From Lama guanicoe (Eukaryota): DNA of 64,000 nt. The notes beneath the pieces were generated by a model that saw nothing but the letters and a program-made list of their open reading frames with translations, did not search any database and was not told where the DNA came from. The stretch is from the NCBI GenBank assembly GCA_013239625.1, contig MU054391.1, positions 2,881,130 through 2,945,129 of the forward strand, read 5' to 3'. Positions 11,376 to 25,916 of the stretch are shown in pieces. Positions within the stretch are counted from its first letter, which is position 1; each line of letters starts with the position of its first letter. Both the position numbers and the translations under genes were made by a program.

Positions 11376-14279
11376 CGACACTCAGGAGCTGGGGTTGGGC
11401 CGGCAGCCACAGCCGGCCCTCGTCCTTCCCTCCTACTCTCTGGCCCTCCGTCCCTTTCTCAGCTGTGCTTCTGGACCCAGCGACTCACTGATGGGGGCCC
11501 AGACCCTCCCGGGATACCTGTCAATGAGCCGTCTCACGCAGAGTCACCGTCCTTGTGCGCTTAGGACTCCAGCGGCAAAAGAGCCCGCAAGGCACGCGGG
11601 GGCTGCCAGCTCCCCACGAAACAGCTGCAAGCATGTCTTGCTGGAGCTGCTCCTGCACCAGCCCGGCCTGCGGAGGGGAGACCCCCACCTCTGGTGATGC
11701 TTGCGCCACTCTCGGCCAGTGATGTGTCCCGGGGCCTCCCGGCGGAGCACAGCCTGCAGCCTGCCTGCCACCATCTGCATCGTGCTTGCAAAAATGTAAT
11801 TATGCATTACAAATGTAATTGTCAGTCACGGTGACAGTGAGGACCACAGTGATGGTCAGGGCGTGAGCAGTTAATGTCCAAGTCGGTTCCCATTCGGCTC
11901 TACTTGCTCCTAAAATTCAAGAGTTCACCAGCATAACCACACGGACACCTGCACATGTTCACTTTTTCTCTTTGAAAGAATTATTAATCCAATTTACCAG
12001 ATAAACCTAGATATGTAACTTTGAGCCCTCATTTATCCACCCAAAGAGGAAAATCAATTAATTGAGATAGAAACGAAAAGAAATTATCATGACCTCTTTC
12101 TGGATCCCTTTGTAACTGGTGAGAATTTTATCTGACAATTTTAACGTTCTTAAAAAAGTGTTTCTTTACAAAGAAAGCCCTGACAGACATGTAGCGGCCC
12201 GGTGCGAGCCCAGAGCAGTCATGCAGATAGCGGCATATCAGCATGATTTACTCGACGGCGTTGTCATCGAGGCGGAGATAAATTCTGATACTGATTACGA
12301 AAGATTGCTCCAAATCTTCTATCCTCACGCAATAATTAGTATTAAACGGCTTTCTGGGTTGGCAGGTTTTCTGTTGCAGATTTAATTTACAGATGGTTTG
12401 CTGAAACAAAAGGCAGGCATAAGCTGAAAATCTATGAATGCATTCGTGTGTGATGAACGGGGGCTGCTCCTAATTAGCAAAGGGAGGGGAAAATGGCAGA
12501 ATGCGGAGGATTTCTTTGGCTTGGACGAAAGCTTCTGAATTCATTTTATTTCCTTTAAGTAAACGCGGATGGTGCGTTCAGAGCTGCACACGAGGGCGAC
12601 GTCAGAGGAAGAGATGGGAGATCCTGCATCTCCCTGGCATGACTCATGCTCACATACTTGACAGCTCCCGGAAAATCTTGTAAGTCTGCAGATCCTGTGA
12701 ATGGGACATTTAGACATATGTGCTTTTAGGAGCAACCGCTTTGTTAGAACTCTACCAAGAAATTATTTTTGGTTTCTTCCTGCATCCCTATTTACAAAGA
12801 GACAAATGATTAAATTTGCTTCGTGGAATTAAGCCGACCCAGCTTCCTTCTGGGCGCTGGGGGGCATTTCTGGAGGACCACCTGCAGGGCAGCTGCTCCT
12901 TCCTCCGAGGCGTAAGCCTCCTGCCATGCTGTCGGAAATCTGGGTTTGCCAAGGGGTGATGCTGGCTTGTGGGGAAGCGGGAACGTCTAAGAGCCATGTT
13001 CCCGGCAGTGAAACATCCAAGTGATTCAGAAGAAAGGCTGCTGGTGGAGAAAGCTCCAAATCCAGCTTGAAGAAGTACACCTTTAAGACGCTAATAAGAA
13101 AGAGAGGGAAGGAGGGAGGGAGGGAGGGAAGAGGGAGGCGCGAATCCATCCTTCTCTTGCTCTGAAGATCATGTCTGCTAGCAGCCCATTCACATGCCTA
13201 TCACAGGTCTATTACAACCATGTGTGAACTTAGCTGATTTCACCCTAAGTTTCTACTTAGAGGAGCCATCAGATCATCCAACGAGTTGTGTGTGCAAATA
13301 CTCAGTTTGTCTTTATCTTTACACAGCATTCAGCTCCCCGGAGGAGTCCTGGGGGTACCTGAACACGATTTATCCATGCACATATTTACCTGGCACTGGG
13401 TTCCTTTCTGTTGTAAGCTCACCGTGAGTCTCCACCTGTGTGATTGCAGGGCACCAGCGCCGTGGTCCACAGAACACTGCGATTCTGTGTAAGCACAACT
13501 CTGACCACTCATATTCATAGACGGAAAATACGACACACATGAGTCCCCTAACATGATACAGGGAGTGCAGCCTCTCTCCATGGTTTGCTATCCCGTGATC
13601 TCAATGAACGAAGACCCTTGTTACTAAGACCTTCAGTTTATCAGAAGAGAAAAAAAAGGCTGCACGTTAAGTGACAGAACAGAAGGACCCGAAACAAGCA
13701 TGTGCTAGGACTTGGGAAGGAAAGGAAATGATTGATTTGAAAAGAGAGAACCACTGAAGCTCCTTCGCACTTATTCTCGAGGGCAGCAGTCCAGCTGCCT
13801 TTGCACTGAAGTCCTGGACCGCAGCTGAGTCAGAAGTCTGTGCCCTTAGGGCACCAGCCTGCTCTCACTCTCTCACTGAGAACAAAAGCAATGTGTGCAT
13901 GCGTCCACCACGCTACAGTTATTAAACAGAAAAGGATACGAACCACCCGACATCCAAAATGCATGTAATAAAGATTCTTCAGGTCTGGCTAAGTTTTCAG
14001 TTTATTGGAACGTACATACACTCATTGTTGCAGTCGCCAGACTGCACTCTGACGGAGGGAAGAGGGACACGGCACCCACCAGGCATCGCTGATATCAGAG
14101 AAGCGGGACAGGGCTCCCGCCCTCCAGGGGTTCATTCCAGATAAAGAAACTTCAGTGCAAATGTTCACGGATGTTTGACAACATGAAACAATGACCTCAG
14201 ATGCTCCTACCTACTTCTGAATAAACATCATCCGGGGGCCCTTGTAAAGTGAGAAGAGTGCTCTTCCCATCTTGTCTGT

Positions 14280-14790
14280 CTGACAAAATCCCACTCATTC
14301 CTCAAGGCATTGCTCAAACATCATTTGCTTTTGGAAGTGTGTCTGGATCCCTGAGTCAGAGCAAGCCCTCCCCTCTGGGTCTCGCACCCGGCCTTGTTTA
14401 CATCCCCCCCAACGGGGGAGCGGCTGCTTCACGGCGGGCTTTGCCGAGTTGCTTGCACCCCTGACTGTCCCTCTGGATCATAAAATCCTTGAGGGAAACC
14501 AAGCTTTTAAAAGCTGGTGTGGATCTCTAGCATATAGCGCGGTAGGTACCATGTGCTTCGTAGGTACTCAGTGAGCTTTTGTCGAAACGGATTTTGAAAC
14601 GATCTCTGCAGTCAGGCAAATCTGAATGAGAACCAGGCTCTGGCACGTGCTAACCCTCTGACGTGCGTTAAGTGACTTACCGTTGCGGAATCGAAGCTTC
14701 CTTAACTTTAAAATTGAATTTTGAATCCTTACTTTACTAGGTGCCATGAGGATTAAATGAAATCAACGAAGAAGAGCTGAGTGTGTAGTA
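14280..14790. mobile_element. L2 3' end followed by MIR
   Basis: gtaggtactcagtgagcttttgtcgaa (L2 tail); ttaagtgacttacc...atgaggattaaatga (MIR core). Confidence 0.5.
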
Positions 14791-14819
14791 GCTCCAAACC
14801 TTCTAATTTTTATTTGATA

Positions 14820-15580
14820 TTTTTTTAGGCTTCAGCTTTATTGAGGTATTCAATGACATATAAAACTGCAAGATTTTCAAAGTGCGTGTCGTGGTATGTG
14901 GATATGTACACACACATTATGAGAGGAGTCCCCCATCTAGTTAATAACATATCCAGCACCTCACGGATGTGTCTCTTTTGGGAGAGGGGACATTTAGGTT
15001 ATTCTACTCTCTTAGCAAATTTCCACGATATGCTGTGATGTTGTCCAGTACCACCAGCACATTATACATTAGATCCTCAGATGCTACTCATCTTATAGCT
15101 GAAAGTTTGTGCCCTTTCACAACCTCTGTCTATGTCCCCAGCTCCCAGACCTGATAACCATGCTTCTATTCTCTTTCTGTGGGGCTGGCTTCAAAATGAC
15201 ATATATATATTTTTATTTTAAAAAAATATATATATATATTAGTTTCCGCACATAAATGATGCCCTGTAGTATTTGTCTTTCCCTGTCTGGCTTATTTCAC
15301 TGGGCATAACACCATCAAGTTCCATCTGTGTTGCTGCAAATGACAGAATTCCCTTCTTTCTCGTGGCAGAGTAATATTCCATTGGGTGTACGCATCTATA
15401 ATATTATCCATTGTATGTATATATATTCATGTTTATCAATTCATCTGTTAGTGGACACTCAAGTTGTTTCTGTATCTTGGCTATAAATGTATATATATAT
15501 ATATGTGTGTGTGTGTGTATATATATATTCCTTTTCATATTCTTTTTCATTGTAGGCTACTACAAGGTAATGAATATAGT
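14820..15580 (-). mobile_element. L1 (L1MA-like) 3' fragment plus (TA)(TG) repeat and a short younger L1 3' UTR piece
   Basis: tttgtctttccctgtctggcttatttcac...gttgctgcaaatgacagaattcccttc is antisense ORF2 end; 15520-15580 resembles 6130-6190. Confidence 0.75.
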
Positions 15581-16964
15581 ATTTTTCTTTTTCTTTACTC
15601 TCTCTCCAGTATTGTACACTGCAGGAAGCTCTAAAAGTCAGTTGACACCATGAAGAAATCAAAGCAAGAGTCTTTTGAAGGGATTGCATTTTGATTTCTT
15701 GCTGGAAACTATTTTTCTTCTTTAATGCCAGGAAGGTCAGAAAGGGTTTAAGTGACCACAGGATAAATTTATCGGCCAGTTTTAAGGCATTACTTTTTCC
15801 ATGGCCTCTGTGATTCCTGATCACGGTTATTGGTATAGTGGACAAAAATACAAAATTGCATTTCAAGGGTCAGCGGGGTCTACCTCTAGAATATTTGACT
15901 TCTTCATAGAGACAATGATCTAAACCAAGTATGTGAATAGTCTTAACTTTGACAAGAAGAGAAGACTGGACTGGCAAACATGGTTTGAAAATTGAGACAT
16001 GTCCCCATCGACTGATGAAATCTGTCCTTGATCACCAGTGCTCAGTCTCTGCAGTCGTGGTCTTTTCTAGAGAGTTCAGCTGAAACCCTCTGATGACGTA
16101 AGCATCGTGGGAGACAGGACACCCGCACAGTGTTCCCACTGCTCCAACCCTCAGGCAGCACGTGGTCCGTCCACGGAGGCAGCACCCTCCATCCTACTGT
16201 TTGACCTCTCGGGATTTTGTTAACTCTGGGGTGTGAGGATGGTCCCAAGGGCTGGCTCACACCTCACAGTGAAGGACAGTGGAAATAAAAGGGGGCTCTC
16301 ACTGTCGGATTTAGTCTATGACACCATCACAGAAGATGCTCTTCACAAAAATGTCCTCTCACAGGGAGGTTTCGCGGGAACACAGTTCCTCCATGCTTCA
16401 GTGCTACAAATGATGTATTCTGAAAAATCATCTAGTTTGTTTTTACGTGAAAGCCCCCAGGGTTCGGGCGAGGCTTCCCGCTTCCCTTTGCACTTGGCGA
16501 CCCATGAACTTGAAGCGGGATATTTGGCCCCAGGGATCCTGAGCCTCGAGGAACACATCGGTGGGCTGCGCTGAATTACTGTTTTACTGGCTTTTTCTAA
16601 CCTTGGTTTTCCTTTGTCTAGAATTCTTACATTTGATTTCACTCTGTTGCTTTATATCCATGTTTGTAAAGTGCCTGAGCTCCAGTTTGAAAAAACGGGA
16701 ACATCAACGTGTCTTTCGCTGCAGCACTGGCCGCGGGTGGCGTGTGACCCAGGGCCAGGGTTTAGCCAGGAGGTGGTGAGGGGGTGGCCGGAACAGGAAC
16801 AGTCAGGCCTTCCTTAGGATACCTGGGTCAGACAGAGGATTTTGTCCCCATTTCAGGAGACAGTGGGTGTCTCTGAAAGGTTTTGAGCAAGGAAATGACA
16901 GGTCAGTGGTCTGGTCAACAACCCCACGTCGTGGGTCTGGGCAGGTGGCTGGCGGGGCTCCCTG

Positions 16965-17252
16965 GACCCCCAGTGCACTCCACCCATCACCTGGGAGCTC
17001 GTGAAAATGCGGCTTCCAATCTGATTCAATTCAATTCAGTTTGATTCAGGGCCAAGGTGAGAGGTGAGATGGTGACCTGGAGAACCATTGGGGATGTTCC
17101 AGGACCCTCAGGCCACACTGCAGGGACTGAAGCAGTATCTGAAGTGACGCAGCAAAGTGGATGGGGTGCTGATTTCTGAGGGCCTGCATTTCTAGGAAGC
17201 TTCCAGATGATGTCAGTTTTGCTGGTTGGGGACCAGGTTTTAGTAGCAAGGG
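16965..17252. mobile_element. MER5A-like hAT DNA transposon remnant
   Basis: atcacctgggagctcgtgaaaatgc...ctgcatttctaggaagcttccagatgatg...ggggaccagg. Confidence 0.55.
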
Positions 17253-20200
17253 CTTAACCTGAGCAAGGTGATCAGACAGAGCATAAATCCTGGGAGGGAA
17301 TGGGAGCGCAGGGGCGGGGGAAGTGGTGAGTTCAGGACACCGTGCATCCTTGATAAATGGCCGACGGTGGCCAGGCCAGGTGTCTGTGCCCAGGGCCAGC
17401 GGGAGCCCTGGCAGGCAGCCAGCTCTGCCGTTAAGGGTCCCTCCCTGCAGCTCCATCTGCAGCCAGAGGCACCAAGGCTCATGAAGCACCTGGCTCCCCT
17501 ACACCTGCAACCGCAGCTCCTGCATCTGAACACCTGCCCACGCCGGGCGCTGCTGTCTCCAGGCAGGAGGGTGGCACCACGGTGGCCAGAGCCGCTGCAG
17601 AGGGATCGTCGCTCGGGGAGTCTGGGACGAGGCAGAAGGAACAGCATACGGTGGTGACAGCAGCTTTCTAAAGGGAGTCTCTGGAGAGACGAGGCTCAGA
17701 CAGGTGTCTGGGGAGCAGCGAGTCCTTACGGAGATGGCAGGGCGCGGTCTGAAAGAGCAGCTGAGATGCAGAGTCATGGCCGGTGCGGAGAAGGATGCTT
17801 CAGTAGAAAGCATCATCACCGTCCAGGTGGAGCCAAACACTGAGCAGGGGGCCGGGCCAGGGAAAGAGCAAAGGTTTGCAAAGAACGTTCCTGGAATGAG
17901 CCTCTCCTATAGGACACCCTGGCCTTCCTTTAAAACAAACACCCTAGCAGTCCAACTGAAATGTAATCTGTTTTCTTTACAAGAGAGAGAGAAAATGATT
18001 GTATTTGAGGTTTGTTTTTTTTTAAAGAGATGTTAAAAGGCCAAGTTTTTCTCATTTCAATGAAAGTCTCACTTAGATGCTTTTATTTCCCTGTGTTCAA
18101 TTAAGCCACCAAAATCCCTGTGACTTTTAAAGCCATTCATTCCAAAGTGAGTCATCCTGAGTGACATGAGGGATTAGGAGCATAAATTCTATACTCGAGC
18201 AGTAACTCTCAGTGGTAGGCAACTTACACACCTCCGTGTGCACGCGCTCCACATTTGATCAGGGACAACTAGTTATCTTCATGTCCAGCGCTATTTCCTG
18301 ACACTAAGTAGGAAAATCTGTATATATTTTTGGACAAACATTGCTCACACATTAAATATGTCACAAATCCCATGGTGAGTTCACCTGAGATTTAATATTG
18401 CAGCTACGTACTGTCCTTTCCTACAAGCCATCAGGTCACCCTGCCCCTAGCTGAAGGACCTGCATTAGTCCTGGGGAAAGAAACGCCCAAGATTTAATGT
18501 CACATTAACACCAATACATTGGTGTTATTTATTCTTTAAAACGATGTTCCTATTTAACAAAGAAATTTCTCCAGTGTCAGAAAAAGAGGTTTTGCTTTAT
18601 CTGTTTGGGTGAGAGAGCCAGTCAAAACGTTGAGATGAATGAATGGTGGATTTCAGGGTTAACCCAGAAGTGTACGTAGGGCTGAGTAGTGGGAGGAGGC
18701 CCACTCGGCGCCTTGCAAACTAGGTACAAAGTTGAAAGGTGGATCTGACGGTGCTGGGCGTGGAGCACCTCCAGTGACTTCAGAGACAGAGGAGTCCCTG
18801 ACCTCGGCCCCACCCAGCCCTTCTCCACCGTCCTGGCTCGGGGACTCTCTGGGATGACTCTGCAGGGTCCTACTCAGAGGTCTCTGTTTAAAACGCCAGG
18901 AGAAAGCAAACGGCCTAACAGCACGCGGGAAAGTGCACCGAAGCAAAACGTACACGTACAGATTATCAGTATGTTCACACTCGGGTTTTATGTTTTTGTT
19001 TTTGCTTTTGCTTTTATATCACTTGTTCAAAAGTTGGCCTGATGCACCCAGATGCACAGAGAAATCTGTCCAACTTTTTAAAAAGCAACTGAATTAAGAT
19101 CTAACTTATATACACACACGGGTCTCCTAACACGGGTCTTAACCCTCCTGTAGTCCATTTGAAAACATACACATGAATACACGCTGATTCTATGCCCTAG
19201 TGTAATAAGGGTCCTTTGACAATGGAGGAAAAGAATACTCCCCATGCTCTATACCATGTTCTGTTTTATGATATTGTCACAAGCAGTTGTCACCTTGGTC
19301 TGGAGACAAATCTGGAGACAGACAAGGAAGATTTTATCACTCCCATTCTGTGGATATGGAGAGTCTCAAGGCAAGTATTTGACGATGACCTTCCCAAGGT
19401 CAACCTCCAGCAAAACGTAGTGACAGGTGAGAACGCTACTTTGCTTCCAGTACGTTTCTGTGGCTTCTCTGTGATTCTGGGACTCAGCCTTTCAGGAGAA
19501 ACGTTCAAGATAAACAGCGCCTGGAGTTGCACCATGTTTTCTGGACTTCCGGGTCTGCGTCTTTCAGACAGACTGCACTGTGCACCCTCCTTAACCGCTT
19601 ACCTCCAGAAGGGAAGGGACACCAAGCACAGTCTCCTTCAAAAGGAGTGAATCTCTTTGCCTCATCACAGTGGAAAACACCCCGAGGTGACTCTTAGAAG
19701 AAAGTTATTATCCAACAGTGTCTGCACGGCATTTCTTTCTAACAGCCATCCCCCTGCTTAACACAGGGCACTGAAATCCTACATGTGTATGGGTTCCCTG
19801 TCCGCCCCCAGCGATCCCAGGACTGGGAGTTTCCCTTTATATTCCAGCCTCAAATCAATGTCTGGCACATTACAGGTGCTCACTAAATAAATGTTCAGCT
19901 GAAGTAGAAAGTGTATTCTTCATTAGTGATCTCAACGTGGTGGCCGGGACAGAACTGATGCTTAGCAAATAGTTATTAAGTATATACATATGGGACAGTA
20001 ATTATAGGATATTGACACTCCGTAATGGAAAATACTGAGACAAAAAGTGATCTGAAATGATTTTTTGTAACACATCAGACAGGTAAATGGTCCCCTTTAC
20101 TTGTTTAATATGGAATGCGCCTCTTGTAGCCAAAGTAACTTGGACTCTTAAACAGGTAAAAGCTTTGATCAGAGTGACTTCAGCACATACTGAGTCATTC

Positions 20201-23200
20201 CAAACATGACTGTCTCTTAACGGAATTATACAAATCAGTAAGGACCCTGTCTTTTAAGCACAAGCTGTAATTTCATCACAATGGACACAACCGGGTGTTC
20301 TCCAGGTGTGAAATATACAACAGTTCATCTGTAGCCAGACTGAGCATCTGATGGAAAGTCCTGAGCTTTATTTCGGTCTTCACATGGTCCCATGTTTCAT
20401 GGACAGGACCAAAAAAAAGAAAAAAACACAGCTGATCAAGCTGTCTGGAAATGCTTTTTCCAACAGGACTCCATCAGCTTCCACGTCGGTGAAAAGGAGA
20501 GAACTGCCTTTCTGAGAGCGAGGTGCTTGCTGTGTCGTTTGGTATCATGGACCCTGAATGACAACATGAATCATCATCAAGGTGTGCTTTAGTTTCCTGT
20601 ATCACTTACTGATGATCTCCTATTTACTGTCAACTCCTAATACTGCTGAAATTGCAGAACTTTATAAACAGCTCGAGCAAAGGGAGGGTAGCTGGCCTGG
20701 CTTAAGTGTGCCCATTGCAGGTGAACTTCAGCCCTGCCTGGCCGTTCCCTGCTGAACTTAACATCCACCCCTGCTGCTCCCAGCCTGACAAGATCCCTGT
20801 AGCTTTGCAGCGGTACCTACTGGAGTCCATGCTTTTGAAATTCAGTATCTTAATTTCAGCGAGGTCCCTAACCTATTAAGAAAACTTTGTCTAAATGATG
20901 CCACTGAGATGGGTTTACATTTTGCTCTCTTTGTTTTCCATGTCTTCTGTCTGAGAGTATTCAGACAAAGACCGCCTACATTACGCACACAAAATCATTA
21001 CATCCCCAGAGGGTGGCATTGCCTTCTTTGCCGGATGCCGCTTCAATTTCCAAAGCATCTTGGCCCGTCTTTGTAAAAATGCTGTATAATCATTCATGAG
21101 CTTCATGAAGTGCTTCTCAACCTCCCATTAGCCTCAGAGACAGGTGGGAGGTACTCAGCCATTTTCTCAAGGAGGGAACTGAGGCTCAGATGAGGGAAGT
21201 GCACCAGTGTAGGAACTGGAGATTCTAAGCCACAAAGTCAGACCTTCAGATTCCAAATTGTGTGCGCTACATACCACGCAGCGCACACGCGGCGTGCATC
21301 GGTGCGCGTGGAAACCTGCCTGTGATGATGTGTGTCACACCCAGAGAAGCAGTGTCTGCTCTAAGTACCGCAACACATGCCACATTTAAAATGTTCCATC
21401 AGTGATTCGAACTGGCCGATAAAGAAGAGTGTTGTAAGGGGGAAAACGTAGTTTGCTTCTTTCTTAAATGGGCAATCTGGATACCATACATTGTCTTTGG
21501 ATTTGAGATGGGGCCCTTCTGTGTGTGTTTCTGGGGGAGGGGCAGTTTGCATGACTCTCATATTTCATTTCTGGAAAATATGGTCAAATTTAGATTGATT
21601 GATGTCGGTGGAGTAGGAGCTTTTATGTCGATCATGTACTTGGTCTTGAATATGTAACGCAGAACAGCTAACCATTTCCGTACAGGGTGTGATCGGATTC
21701 CGTGGCATTGCTGTAATTAGCATGAACACAATAAACAAGCCACAGCTGAGGTAGCTGGGCAAGTAAATGCATGACCAGGAAATACTATAAATATCTTTCC
21801 TTTCATGCCTCAGATCCTATTCTTCACTGCCAGAACCAAAAATACACACACCAGTATCTCATTCATGCTGCCGTGTATTTGTCCAGAAGACTATTAAATA
21901 TCCCCTTGCTCTCTGCTTTCAAGAGGGTAGACAGAATCACGTCCCATCCGTGATGGGAATGAAAGAGCTAAGTCCCAGGAAAAATACTAAATACGCCGGA
22001 CGAACTATGTCACTCCTCCAAGAAATGGAATGAGAAATCTGAAGGAAACGACACAGAGCTATTTTCAAACTGTGGCATGATCACCATCACCTCTGTAAGT
22101 TAAGCATTCCAGCCTGAATCCGATCAGTGGCCCCCGTGCTCACTGGCTCCAGGGGGCTCAGTGTGGGAGAGGGTGACGGGCACGAGGAAGCCCTACTTCA
22201 CTCAGACTTATGTACAGACTCACCCTGGACACGCCCACCACCCACGTCTAGCACGTTGCAGTCTGTAGACACGTGTGGACCTTTACAGTTTGCAAGGGTC
22301 CTCAGGAATCAAAATCTGCCTGAAAAAGTCATCCTTAGGGGAAGAGAGCCAAGAAGCTGGAGTTCTGCTGGAAAATGGAGAGAAAGAATGTGTTCAAACA
22401 CAGAGCCTCGATTTTCCTCTATGCTCACCTCTGTAGTTCAAGCAAGAGGGAAAAAAATAAAACGAGAGAGTGAATTCACTAACGTATTAGTGAGATATTG
22501 ACAGCAGCAGACTGCATGGATGGGAAAATGGCAGACAAATTCAAGGTGAACAGTCATTGGAACAGCAGGTGCGGTGACCCGGGCTGCAAGCAGGGTCCCC
22601 ACGGGAGGCGGAAACAGAACCATGAGCGAGAGAAGGGGGATCATGTGCCCGCTGTGCTGCCCTTGACTTTTCTGTTTCCTTCTGCTGCCACCCTCTTGAA
22701 GCCACCGGGACCTCTGGGCTTCCTTCCTCGCTTAGCTCTTAGTTCACTGAAGCACGCACGTGGAACCACGCTATGCGGCCGGCCGGCACCGTGTTAACTT
22801 CAGGGAACATGCGAGGGGAAATGAAGGCACCGATTTTTAAGGGACTCGTGGTCAAATAGAAAGGGCTTCTCCCTCAGCCATGGTGTTGCTCTGATTGTTC
22901 TGCCTAGTTACAGGCCCCACGACAGTGACAACACTTCTACACTGAAATTCGTCTGAATTTCTTGTATTTGTCAGCTGTTCCTGTCTCCAAAATACACCAG
23001 GGAAACTGGGTAGAGGGACGTCACTGTAGAGCAGCGTCTTAGCACTGAAATGAGTCTATAAATAATGCGAGGGCTTTCCTCTGTCTCCGCCGTGTCCTCT
23101 ACAGGCAGCCTGAGTGCGACCAGTCAGTAGGCTTTTCCTGTCCTAACACAACCCATTGTAACCGGGGGAGACCGCGGTGTGAATGAGATAAACGCCGTCA

Positions 23201-23432
23201 TTAAAAGCACAAGATGCTGCACAGACAGCAGTGGTGAAGCAACAGCTGGGCTGAGAGCAGGGACAGTGCCATGTCGGCTCGTGGTCAAGAAATACAATTA
23301 AACCGTGTTGTGTGTGGGCCCACCCAAGGCTCTGTGCCTCAATGACACTTTCTTCCTGTGGTAGGAAAGTCACTACCTGTACAACACAGCTTACAGTTCC
23401 AAAATGACTTAAGTTATTTATGTTAATTCCCT

Positions 23433-24150
23433 ATGGGAACCCTCTTACACGGTTGGTGGGAATGTAAATTGGTGCAGCCACTGTGGGAAACAGTATGGAG
23501 GTTCCTTATAAAACTAAAAACAGACTTACCATATGATCCAGCAATCCCACTTCTGGACATATATCTGGAGGGAACTCTAATTCAAAAAGTTAGCTATACC
23601 CCAATGTTTATAGTGGCACTTTTTACAATGGCCAAGACATGGAAGCAACCTAAATGTCCGTGGACAGATGAATAGACAAAGAAGATGTGGTATATTTACA
23701 TTGGAATACTACTCAGCCATAAAAAATAATGAAATAATCCCATTTGCAGCAACATGCATGGACCTAGAGATTATCATACTAATGAAGTAAGTCAGACAGA
23801 GAAAGACAAATATCATATGATATCACTTATATATGGAATCTAAAAATGATACAAATTAACTATTTACCAAACAGAAAAAGACTCACAGACATAGAAAATA
23901 AACTCATGTTTACCAAAGGGGAAAGGGGAAGGGAGGGATAAATTAGAAGGTTGGTATTAACTGATATACACTACTATATACAAAATAGATAAACAACAAA
24001 ATCCTACTGTACAGCATAGGGAACTATATTCAATATCTTGCAACAACCGATAATGAAAAATAACATATGTGTATGTTTAACTGAATCTTTATGCTGTGCA
24101 TCAGAAAATAACGAGCACTGTAAATCAAACACACTTCAATTAAAAAAAAT
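23433..24150 (+). mobile_element. 5'-truncated L1 (ORF2 end plus 3' UTR)
   Basis: Translates [24 protein letters not shown]...[10 protein letters not shown]...AKTWKQPKCP; ends cttcaattaaaaaaa. Confidence 0.92.
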
Positions 24151-24419
24151 TAAATACCCTTTTGGTTTGAATATGATGTTAAACAGTACGTTTCCACTTG
24201 TGGGAGAGTGTTTTCTGTGACCCCAAGGCTCACAGACATAGCACAGCACCTGCATTTCTGGAGGCTGTGACCACAAGACAGAGCAGTCAGAGTCCTGCTG
24301 GCGGTGGGACTGCGCCTCCCCTCACCCACTTCCGCCATCGCCTTGTTGCCTGTCAAAGTGAAGTCTAGCAGTTCACTAAAGGGGAAAACATTATTTCACG
24401 AGAACACCTAAGAGGCCCG

Positions 24420-25110
24420 AATTAAAACAAAATCACGCCGCGGGGGGGATGGCGCCGACAGCCGTGCTCCGCGCAGCGGGGCCGCAGGCCTTCCGTCTGT
24501 GAGACACGCCATCCCGTGAAGCACCGCAAAGCGAGGGCTGCCCGGGCGCGTGAGCTTTACACGCAGGAAGGACAAACAGTCGATTCCAGAAAGTGCTGGA
24601 GCCACGGTGAAATGGACATATTTAAAGTCGAATGAATCTCTAGATGCCAGAAGTATGACTTAGGAAAACCAAACCAAAATGATGTCCCCTGGTGCATGGT
24701 TTCTGTCAGGATGATGAGCTGAGTTGCGTGAAAACGCTGCAGTGGTCGGAGGCAGGCAGAACCTTGGATGCCACCTGGTCTGAACGCTTCCTGCCCGTGA
24801 GGAGACCAGCACCCAGACTGGGCCCCCGCCGGCCCGAGCCCACACAGCTCACCGACGGCAGCCAGCGGGAGAGCCGGTCCTTCTGAGCCGGGACGCAGCC
24901 TCCCTCCGCACAGGGGTATCTCCCGGGGCAGCAGACACCAGGGTCCGCTCGCTGCCCCGTCCCCCCGCCCCCGCCAGGAGATGCCCTTTCAATTCCGCCT
25001 TTGGCACCGCAGCGAGCAGCTGCTCTGACGGGGACCGCAGACTGAGGAATGCCCGCTTCCAGCAGAAGGTCGGCTTCGTCCTGCTCCAGCTCACGTCACG
25101 TTCGTGCTCT
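24420..25110. promoter_or_regulatory. Upstream CpG-rich patch
   Basis: Local CpG enrichment, not repeat-like; TCACGTCA at 25091. Confidence 0.4.
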
Positions 25111-25710
25111 GAGTGTCTAGAACATAATCATCATTTGTGCTGCACACGAATACCACGGCGACAGACCACGGGGATGACACGAATGACATGACGTGTCAGG
25201 GGAAAAAAAAAGAATCTTAGCGATACTGAAGGGGAAAAAATTGAGAGACAGAGAAACAGAAACGGAGAGAGAGAGAGACTGACTGAGCAAGGGCCAGAAA
25301 ACAGCGGCGGACACCTGAGTTCAGGAGTCAGTTAAGGAGATTCAGCCGATGACAGGGTTCAGGAGAGGAAGCGGGGGGCTTCAGCCCAGGCCGCGGCTGG
25401 GCAGCTTGGTCAGAAAGGGTCATTCCGAGGACTCTGGCTCATCACAGCCGGGAGGCACCTCCCTCCCGCCGCTGAAGCAGCCCCGTCCCTGAAATCCCCA
25501 GGACGCTCACGGGCAAGACGCTCACTACTTCTCTGGTGGCCCCCTTGGGGGACGACATCAAAGGTACACGACACAGCCATGCCTCTGGATGTGGATGTCT
25601 TCTCTAAGCAGAGTTAAGACCCGCCAACCAGGATAGTAGCCACACGTGAAGAGATCGGATTTGGTGGATTTCAACATTGCACTTTAAAAATAGTCTAGCC
25701 ATCCCCCCCC

Positions 25711-25855
25711 TTTTTTTTTAAATTCACTTAACTTTTTAATTAGTTATTTTGGTCAGGGAGGTAATTAGGTTTATTTGTTTATTTTAGTGGAGGTACTGGG
25801 GATTGAACCCAGGACCTCCTGCACATGCTTTTACCACTGAGCTTTACACTCCCCC
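25711..25855 (-). mobile_element. tRNA-derived SINE (vic-1-like)
   Basis: ggaggtactggggattgaacccaggacctc (B box on minus strand), T-rich tail on the left. Confidence 0.85.
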
Positions 25856-25889
25856 TTTATCCATTCCTTTTTATTTCACACTCCTTTAA

Positions 25890-25916
25890 ACACACACGCA
25901 CACACACACACACACA
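25890..25916. repeat. (CA)n microsatellite
   Basis: Direct reading. Confidence 0.9.

Noticed and set aside
12119..12385. 88-aa ORF with globular-looking composition
   Set aside because: GTG start, no recognisable family or splice context; more consistent with a noncoding element. A dN/dS test would settle it.
19117..19322. Short 12-17 bp local duplications (19117, 19299; also 4441)
   Set aside because: Ordinary replication-slippage products
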